The notes under the pieces: generated by a model | Database searches by the model: none | What the model was told of the DNA's origin: nothing | The model's input: only the letters and a program-made list of their open reading frames with translations | In this document: positions 55,518-61,537 of the stretch, in pieces | How positions within the stretch are numbered: position 1 is the stretch's first letter | Layout: every line of letters begins with the position of its first letter | Made by a program: the position numbers and the translations under genes | Assembly (NCBI GenBank): GCA_034190325.1 | Contig: JAXHST010000081.1 | Location: 1-61,537 of the forward strand | Direction: 5' to 3' | Origin: Thermoplasmatota archaeon | GTDB taxonomy: Archaea; Thermoplasmatota; UBA186; UBA287 | Length of the DNA stretch: 61,537 nucleotides

Positions 55518-56831
55518 ATGCTTCAGTTAGCTCTTGCTGCTATAGGCGGTGTAGTGCTTCTGCTATTCCTTGTTATGGTGCTAAAGCTGCATGCCTTCCT
55601 GGCTATAATGATATCCGCAATGGTGACAGGAATATTATCTGGTATGGATCCTTCAAGTGTCCTAAGCAGCATAGAAGAAGGCATGGGCAGCACTCTGGGT
55701 TTTGTTGCAGTTGTGGTTGGTTTAGGGACCATGTTTGGCAAAATGCTGGAGATCTCAGGAGGGACTGATGTGCTTGCAGATACGCTCTTAAAAAGGTTTG
55801 GTGAGAGATCCCAGTGGGCTCTGAGCATAACAGGCTTTCTTGTCGCCATACCAGTCTTTCTGGATGTGGGCTTCGTCATTCTTGTGCCTATTATCTATAG
55901 TCTCAGTGAAAAGAGCAAGAAGTCCCTGCTCTATTACGCAATACCTTTACTTGCAGGGCTTGCGGTTACCCATGCGATGGTCCCCCCTACCCCGGGACCA
56001 ACAGCCATAGCTGATATCCTGCATGCAGACCTTGGCATGGTCACTCTATTTGGAATAATCATAGGCTTACCGACGATGGCAATAGCAGGCCCTCTGTTCG
56101 GCAGGTATATAGGAAAGAGAATAGACGCAAGGGTGCCTGAGGCTATGAGAGTTGAAAGGACAATGAGAGAAGAGACGCCGAGCTTTTCTATTGTTCTTGG
56201 AGCTATTCTGCTGCCAATAGTGCTTATGGTTCTTAACTCTACGTGCTCCATTTATTTAGAGGGGGCAGCGAAGAGCCTCCTCGGGTTTATAGGACATCCA
56301 TTTTCAGCGCTCACCATCGCTACAGTTCTATCTCTGATCCTTTTCAGAAAAGGTTTTACCGGAAAAGAGCTTCGATCGATAGCAACATCCGCTCTGGCAC
56401 CAGCAGGTATAATAATTCTTGTTACCGGGGCAGGAGGAGCCTTCAAGCAGGTGCTTATAGATAGCGGCATTGGAGATGCAATAGCTCAGTCGATGGGCAC
56501 TTCTGTTTTACCTCCGCTTGTTATAGCATTTTTCATTGCGTGCGCTATGCGTCTTGCTCAGGGCTCCGCAACGGTAGCGATGATAACCTCAGCGGGAATT
56601 GTGGCTCCCCTCACAACAGCTCTAAGTCAGCCACAGCTTGCCCTTTTGGTGATCTCAATAGCCTCGGGAGCTACTATTTTCTCGCACGTGAATGATAGTG
56701 GTTTCTGGCTGGTTAATCAGTATCTAGGGCTCAGTGAGGTGGATACGATAAGATCGTGGAGCATAATGGAAACGATAATAGCGTTGTGCGGTTTTTCGCT
56801 TGCGCTGGTTATCAGTCTTGTTGTGGGGTAA
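55518..56831 (+). CDS. gntP: GntP-family gluconate/sugar-acid:H+ symporter
   Basis: 437 aa with GntP-like motifs (GSTLGFVAVVVGLGTMFGKMLE, VTHAMVPPTPGP, ITSAGIVAP, SHVNDSGFW). Confidence 0.8.
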   Translation: MLQLALAAIGGVVLLLFLVMVLKLHAFLAIMISAMVTGILSGMDPSSVLSSIEEGMGSTLGFVAVVVGLGTMFGKMLEISGGTDVLADTLLKRFGERSQWALSITGFLVAIPVFLDVGFVILVPIIYSLSEKSKKSLLYYAIPLLAGLAVTHAMVPPTPGPTAIADILHADLGMVTLFGIIIGLPTMAIAGPLFGRYIGKRIDARVPEAMRVERTMREETPSFSIVLGAILLPIVLMVLNSTCSIYLEGAAKSLLGFIGHPFSALTIATVLSLILFRKGFTGKELRSIATSALAPAGIIILVTGAGGAFKQVLIDSGIGDAIAQSMGTSVLPPLVIAFFIACAMRLAQGSATVAMITSAGIVAPLTTALSQPQLALLVISIASGATIFSHVNDSGFWLVNQYLGLSEVDTIRSWSIMETIIALCGFSLALVISLVVG

Positions 56832-56877
56832 AGGGTAAAAGGTGATAGAGATGCAAAGAGAAAATCAAAGAAGAAAA

Positions 56878-57810
56878 ATGAGGGCAGTAACATTTGGAGA
56901 GACAATGATAAGGCTTTCAACAGAGGAAAATGAGAGGTTTGAGCAGGCAAAAAAGCTTGAGTTAAGCCTTGCTGGAGCTGAGTCAAACTTCGCGATAGCA
57001 TTCGCAAAGCTCGGGGGCATAAGCTCTTTTGCCTCAGTTTTTCCAGATAATCCTCTGGGTCTCTGGTCTCTCGATGAGATAAGGAAGCACGGTGTTGACG
57101 TTTCCGATATTCTGCTAACTGAAGGAAGAATGGGCCTTTACTTTGTGGAGCAGGGCAAAAAGCCCAGAACGACAAAGGTAGTATACGATAGGAAAAACTC
57201 GGCTTTTGCTATGGCAAAAGAGTTCAGAATAAACATAGAAGCATGTGACCTTGTGCATACCACAGGCATAACCCTCGCTCTGAGTGAGAAAGCCAGGGAA
57301 GAAGCATATGGGCTATTCAGAAGAGCAAAAGAAAAGGGGATAAAGAGATCATTCGACGTGAACTACAGAGAGAAGTTATGGGATGCTGAGGAAGCTTTTA
57401 AGGCTATAGAGCCCATGCTTGATAATGTGGATATCCTCTTCTCTACGATAGATGACGTGAGGAAGGTTTTTGGAATTGATAGAGAATCCTGCGCTGAAGA
57501 GCTTTATGCAAGATATGGTATACCTGATATAGTAATCACTCTTGGGAAGGATGGAGCGCTCTGCCTGAAGGACGGAGAGCTGCTTAAAGAGGGGGGCTAT
57601 GAGATAGAAACAGTTGACAGGATCGGTGCCGGAGATGCATTTGATGCAGCCTTTGCCCTTCTTTCGCTTGAAGAAAAAGACGCTGGCAAAGCTTTGAGGT
57701 ATGCTGTTGCTTCTGCGGCGCTTGCACACACGATAAAAGGGGATATATTCTATGCTCGCAGAGAAGAGATCGAAGAGATGCTCGGGTTAAGAAGGGGAGT
57801 TTTCCGATAG
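56878..57810 (+). CDS. kdgK: 2-dehydro-3-deoxygluconokinase (PfkB family)
   Basis: MRAVTFGETMIRL start typical of KdgK, GAESNFA, C-terminal GAGDAFDAAF. ATG 56878 preferred over GTG 56842. Confidence 0.8.
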   Translation: MRAVTFGETMIRLSTEENERFEQAKKLELSLAGAESNFAIAFAKLGGISSFASVFPDNPLGLWSLDEIRKHGVDVSDILLTEGRMGLYFVEQGKKPRTTKVVYDRKNSAFAMAKEFRINIEACDLVHTTGITLALSEKAREEAYGLFRRAKEKGIKRSFDVNYREKLWDAEEAFKAIEPMLDNVDILFSTIDDVRKVFGIDRESCAEELYARYGIPDIVITLGKDGALCLKDGELLKEGGYEIETVDRIGAGDAFDAAFALLSLEEKDAGKALRYAVASAALAHTIKGDIFYARREEIEEMLGLRRGVFR

Positions 57811-57849
57811 AAGCTTGCAAACGGCAACATATATAAGAGGAGTAGAGAG

Positions 57850-58554
57850 CTACATGCGGTTCGCTGCATAAACAAGGGCTACGCCCACAAACAGCAGCGC
57901 CCTTCTCAACGTTATGGTCGGCGGGAAGAGAAGAACATCTGAGAAGAAAGCAAAGTAGCTGATCACAAAGAAGCCTGAGGCTAAAACAAGACTCTTCTTT
58001 CTCTCCTTACCCCTGGCATGCGATAAGGAGTATAAAAGAAATATTAACCCTGGAGCAAGACTCAGAAAGGAGATCAGATAGCATGCTATGGACCACTCCA
58101 GACTCGGATTTACCTCTGCAATGCGCATTCCATATTCTTCATAGACTATGGAAGTGTGAGGGAAGAGATAATAGAGTACCATAAAGACAACAAAAACAAG
58201 GAGATCTAAGACCTGGAACACTCTTTTTCCAGCAGGCTGAAGGATCTCAAGAGCGAAGAGAACCCCAAAAACAGGCACCAGCGCAACAGATGCCCATGTT
58301 ATTGCCTGTCTGAGGTCTTCACCAAGTTCTCCGTAGAGTGCTCCTCCAGTAAGCTCAAAGTGTATATCATAGACATCTATAACAAATTCTGTGATATAAC
58401 TGAGAAAGAAGAAAAAGAACATAAGGGCAAGAAAAAGCTGGGGATTTAGCTCTTCATTTTTATATCTCTGAAAGATCCTTACAGAAACGAAAAGGGAAAG
58501 CAGAGTAAGACAAAGGGTAAGACCAGACTCTATCAGGAGAGCAGTAGTAACCAT
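57850..58554 (-). CDS. Hypothetical integral membrane protein (~7 TM)
   Basis: 234 aa with alternating hydrophobic segments. No family recognised. Confidence 0.5.
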   Translation of the reverse strand: MVTTALLIESGLTLCLTLLSLFVSVRIFQRYKNEELNPQLFLALMFFFFFLSYITEFVIDVYDIHFELTGGALYGELGEDLRQAITWASVALVPVFGVLFALEILQPAGKRVFQVLDLLVFVVFMVLYYLFPHTSIVYEEYGMRIAEVNPSLEWSIACYLISFLSLAPGLIFLLYSLSHARGKERKKSLVLASGFFVISYFAFFSDVLLFPPTITLRRALLFVGVALVYAANRM

Positions 58555-59217
58555 AAATACTCTTATGGCGCGTGCCCTTTATTAAATTTTCTTCCGTATT
58601 GCTTAGGGCAAGGTGATTTATCGGAGAGTTTTGTTATCTCACACGTTTCTCTTACTTGCTATGCTTTCCTCAATAGTTGCTAATTGAACTGCTGGCCCAC
58701 TTCGCAGAGCTCCCGTTGCATAGAAGTTCCCTATTGTGGCTATAGCATTTGCTCCAAGCAAAGTACCCATTGAGAGCATTCTCTCCTCATCGCTTCATCA
58801 CTCCTTAGCTGACAGCCCTCTATCCTTTTACTTTGCCCTCTCTGTGCCATACTTCTATGTCCCCATCTTCGGAAATACATTTTACTTATCTCAATTTCAT
58901 TCCAGTTCAGGTTGTTTGTCGCATAAAAATTGAAGTTGCTGTTTAGAGAGAAGAACTCTTATTTTTGGATAAATCTGTTGAGATTTGATTGATCTGTGTG
59001 GTATACAAACAATCATATGTGCAGTGCTTATCTGCGATTGCAACTCATTAACCTTTTTGTAGCATCTGTCTCTTCTTTCTCTGTGAATAAATGCTCAAGA
59101 TCTTTGCCCATATACATATTTTGGAAATAACGTCCCAGGTGTATCTGAAGTCCAAAAGGATTTGGGCGGAGTACCGAAGATACGAAGCCAGATACGCTCT
59201 GTTAGCCGAAGTATGCA

Positions 59218-61116
59218 TTAAATCAATCTCGACAGAAATTCTAAAGTTTCTTTATCTTCGCAGTATATATAAGTTCCGCTTATTCCTCTTGTCAGAAAGA
59301 TTCTATATCTATTCTTCAAAAGGGACAGCGATAGTTCTCTTGCGTCATTATCCCCCTTTTTTCCCGTTTTAATGAGATCTTTTAAACTGATGGGTCTCCC
59401 TATGATATCCTCGCAGTTATCGCCAAGCGCCCAGGAATTATTGCGCATAACAAAATCCCTTCCCCAGATAATCCCTGCATAATCCAGCTCAAATCCTTGA
59501 CATCCATAAATTGAAGCGCACGTATCCAGTTCGTTTGATCTGCCCTGCATCCAAAAGGGGACATATTCCTTTCTTGGGTCCATCAACCAGTAAATTTTTG
59601 ATCCAAAATCTTTGTATAACTCAAACTTACTGTAAAGGGGATAACCAACTCTGAGATTTTTTATACCTCTAGGGTTATGAAGGTCGCCTGGCGATTCGGT
59701 AAATGAAGCTATGAGCCCAACTTTCAATTCTGGTTTCGTTTTGTGTTTCATTTTAAGCGCATTTATTAATTCTGCCAGTGATGAAAACACTCTAAATTCA
59801 TAGTTCCAACCAGGATCTTTAGAGTTTCTCACATTATCTGGGCTTGAGAGAATTGTTTCAATCCACTGATGATACTGCTCTCCTCCTTGCACCCTATAAA
59901 AACCGTTTAGATATCGTTTTTTTATGTTTAACCCGAGAGCGTCTGCCTCACGCTCGAAATTGCTGGTTTTTCCCTCCTCCTCAGCATTTAATATCTGACC
60001 TTCGTCGTAGAAGAAAACGGTCATTGGCGCGCGTTGCATAGCGATCTTCATGTTATCTCTTTTCATTCTCTGAGCTTCATCATAGATAGCAATGTCGAAT
60101 TTTGGACTGTTTGGATTGCCCTCAGCAAGACCCGGGTTTTGTGGCCTTCCGGTTGAATAAAATTTTATTACAGAGCTCATTTCTCCCGCTGCATCAAAGA
60201 CCTCTCTTATCGTATTGATCAATCTGTTGTTTCTGTATCCAAGTACTGAGCTTTTACCTCTAGATAGAGAATTTAGTAGAATATGTATAGCCAACAAGGA
60301 TTTCCCGGATCCCGGGGCTCCTTGTATAAGATAAACATTCTTATTTCCTGCCGCTAAGTCCTCCAATATTTCATTAGTTAATCCTAATTGTTCGTTGGAC
60401 AAACCGAACCCAGAATCGGCTAATGCCTGAAATGCCCCATTTTTCAATTCATCATAGTGCGTCCTTATTGCATCGAATAGGTGCTTTGATTGCACGTACT
60501 TCCCGTCAACGAATTTCGAGACCACGTCGCGGGGTAGCTCATTTTTATCAAAAGTTTCTCTTAATGATTCACGAAATTCTTCATCCCAATCCTTAAAAAA
60601 TCCTTTCACTTCATTAAAATCGATGTTTTTGTCTATTGAAGAGATGTTGTACATATATACACATCCTTCGATATCAAAATTCTCAGAAGCGGAGTGAGAG
60701 AATTTTATCTTTCCCACATAATTTCTAACCTGGTATTCAGGATGTGCGCTCTTTCCGATATCAGATTCTACAAAATTGGATTCGACTTCATCCGCTTTAT
60801 TCCAACCCTTGAGTTCAATTATCAAAGCTTGCGGTTTACCATTTTTTCCGTAGCCCAATAAAATAACATCGCATCTTTCACCACTAAAAGGTAGCCTATA
60901 CTCCAGGAGGATCTGCAAATTTTCAAAATAAGTGTCAGATAGAATGTCTGCCATGGCCTTTAGGGATGACCGCCACGCTCGCACCTGTTCGATCCCCGGC
61001 GATTCTCCACAACTTTCCAGAAAATTATTTTTTAATTCTTTTATAAAATTATCCAGATTTCGTTCTACCATGCCTACAAACGCTTTGACACTCGATTGCC
61101 AGATCGCGTTTACCAT
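59218..61116 (-). CDS. DUF2075-family protein: PD-(D/E)xK-like nuclease module plus P-loop SF1-helicase-like ATPase
   Basis: N-terminal GERCDVILLG...ALIIELKGW (D...ExK), Walker A GAPGSGKS (nt 60298-60321), Walker B IAIYDEAQRM, C-terminal GCQGFELDY...RIFLTRG. Start set at ATG 61116 (MVNAIW); the track start 61197 is TTG. Confidence 0.7.
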   Translation of the reverse strand: MVNAIWQSSVKAFVGMVERNLDNFIKELKNNFLESCGESPGIEQVRAWRSSLKAMADILSDTYFENLQILLEYRLPFSGERCDVILLGYGKNGKPQALIIELKGWNKADEVESNFVESDIGKSAHPEYQVRNYVGKIKFSHSASENFDIEGCVYMYNISSIDKNIDFNEVKGFFKDWDEEFRESLRETFDKNELPRDVVSKFVDGKYVQSKHLFDAIRTHYDELKNGAFQALADSGFGLSNEQLGLTNEILEDLAAGNKNVYLIQGAPGSGKSLLAIHILLNSLSRGKSSVLGYRNNRLINTIREVFDAAGEMSSVIKFYSTGRPQNPGLAEGNPNSPKFDIAIYDEAQRMKRDNMKIAMQRAPMTVFFYDEGQILNAEEEGKTSNFEREADALGLNIKKRYLNGFYRVQGGEQYHQWIETILSSPDNVRNSKDPGWNYEFRVFSSLAELINALKMKHKTKPELKVGLIASFTESPGDLHNPRGIKNLRVGYPLYSKFELYKDFGSKIYWLMDPRKEYVPFWMQGRSNELDTCASIYGCQGFELDYAGIIWGRDFVMRNNSWALGDNCEDIIGRPISLKDLIKTGKKGDNDARELSLSLLKNRYRIFLTRGISGTYIYCEDKETLEFLSRLI

Positions 61117-61135
61117 TATTGTAGATAACGCTAGT

Positions 61136-61145
61136 GAATATAAAG
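61136..61145 (-). promoter_or_regulatory. Candidate TATA box (CTTTATATTC on the minus strand) for the DUF2075 gene
   Basis: Located about 20-29 nt upstream of ATG 61116, consistent with a short-leader or leaderless archaeal transcript. Confidence 0.3.
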
Positions 61146-61537
61146 TTTTTCTGGAGCGAAGTGGAAGAAAAATTTGGGGGAGGGGCGAGCCGAGCAATTT
61201 CCTCTTTATCCTTTGTTAAGCGGGGGGCAAAATCTTTGATTTTGAAGCGCAGCGTCCCCGTAGTGTTTTTATTTTTGCCGTTACATCGAAGAATTCTGTT
61301 TAGAGAAGGGACCATTTTTTCCAATTAATTCATCCATGGTCTTTCCATTTTCATCCTTCCATTCAATCCAGCCAAGCTCCTCTATATGAGCCTTTTTGTT
61401 GAAATGCCCCCGTGTAGAGCCCAGTTATTTTTTCGCTTCTCCAACATCACTCACCTCCCAGTCTTAGGAATAGCCCTAGCTTAGCCTCTGGTGGTAGTTT
61501 TCTTACCACCGCTTCGTTAGGGGTCTCCCCAGGATCC

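Noticed and set aside
58639-58779. 46 aa minus-strand ORF (MLSMGTLLGANAIATIGNFYATGALRSGPAVQLATIEESIASKRNV) with a GAGGAG 3 nt upstream, in the gene-poor spacer.
   Set aside because: No recognisable family, very short RBS spacing, and no supporting context. It could be a remnant of a membrane protein but cannot be supported from sequence alone.
61490-61510. Perfect 7 bp stem hairpin GGTGGTA-gttttct-TACCACC near the window end.
   Set aside because: It is isolated and not tRNA-like. There is no clear T-run on the strand where it would terminate a gene, and the upstream gene lies outside the window.
1-61537. Search by eye for tRNA, rRNA, CRISPR arrays, IS elements/transposases, integrases and inteins.
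   Set aside because: No spaced direct-repeat arrays were found, and no cloverleaf-compatible sequence in intergenic regions longer than 70 nt. No DDE/Y-recombinase-like ORFs were seen. RtcB, aRF1 and ArgRS have normal lengths, so no inteins. A tRNAscan/Infernal run could still find small ncRNAs I cannot see.

Overview
This 61.5 kb window is archaeal, probably from a thermophilic euryarchaeon. Markers include aRF1, archaeal-type ApgM and PyrH, an aCPSF2-like beta-CASP nuclease, RtcB with archease, ArlC/D/E, and K/E/I-rich proteins that use almost only AGA/AGG for Arg. I found no rRNA, tRNA or CRISPR array by eye. Positions 1-37k are densely packed core genes: cutA, rtcB, rpiA, apgM, pyrH, prf1, argS, a glycogen synthase plus GH57 pair, a 5-gene peptide/oligosaccharide ABC transporter, and a flippase with two GT2 genes. 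The most interesting locus is at 0.9-4.4 kb. It holds a half-size, hinge-less SMC-like ATPase with an SMC5/6-type Walker B (DEFDVHMD), translationally coupled to a kleisin-like protein and a tandem winged-helix protein whose pattern looks MAGE/Nse3-like. An uncharacterised divergent gene starts only 9 bp from the SMC-like start codon. Other notable points follow. A cytochrome-b5-like domain is fused to archease next to rtcB. A Na+/dicarboxylate symporter gene carries three frame disruptions. A ~4.1 kb insertion at 38.5-42.65 kb is flanked by ~250 bp direct repeats that duplicate the divergent 5' ends of an SNF transporter gene and trkH; its cargo is a decayed DctM remnant, a secreted alpha/beta hydrolase and DUF2804. 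A bacterial-style sugar-acid island at 44.5-57.8 kb carries uxaE-like, uxuB-like, GH31, SSS, eda, uxuA, two tandem IlvD/Edd dehydratases, gntP and kdgK. Near-identical nucleotide patches suggest gene conversion between the tandem paralogs. The window ends in a gene-poor stretch containing a DUF2075 nuclease/ATPase gene. All functional calls rest on reading motifs in the translations; no database search was possible.
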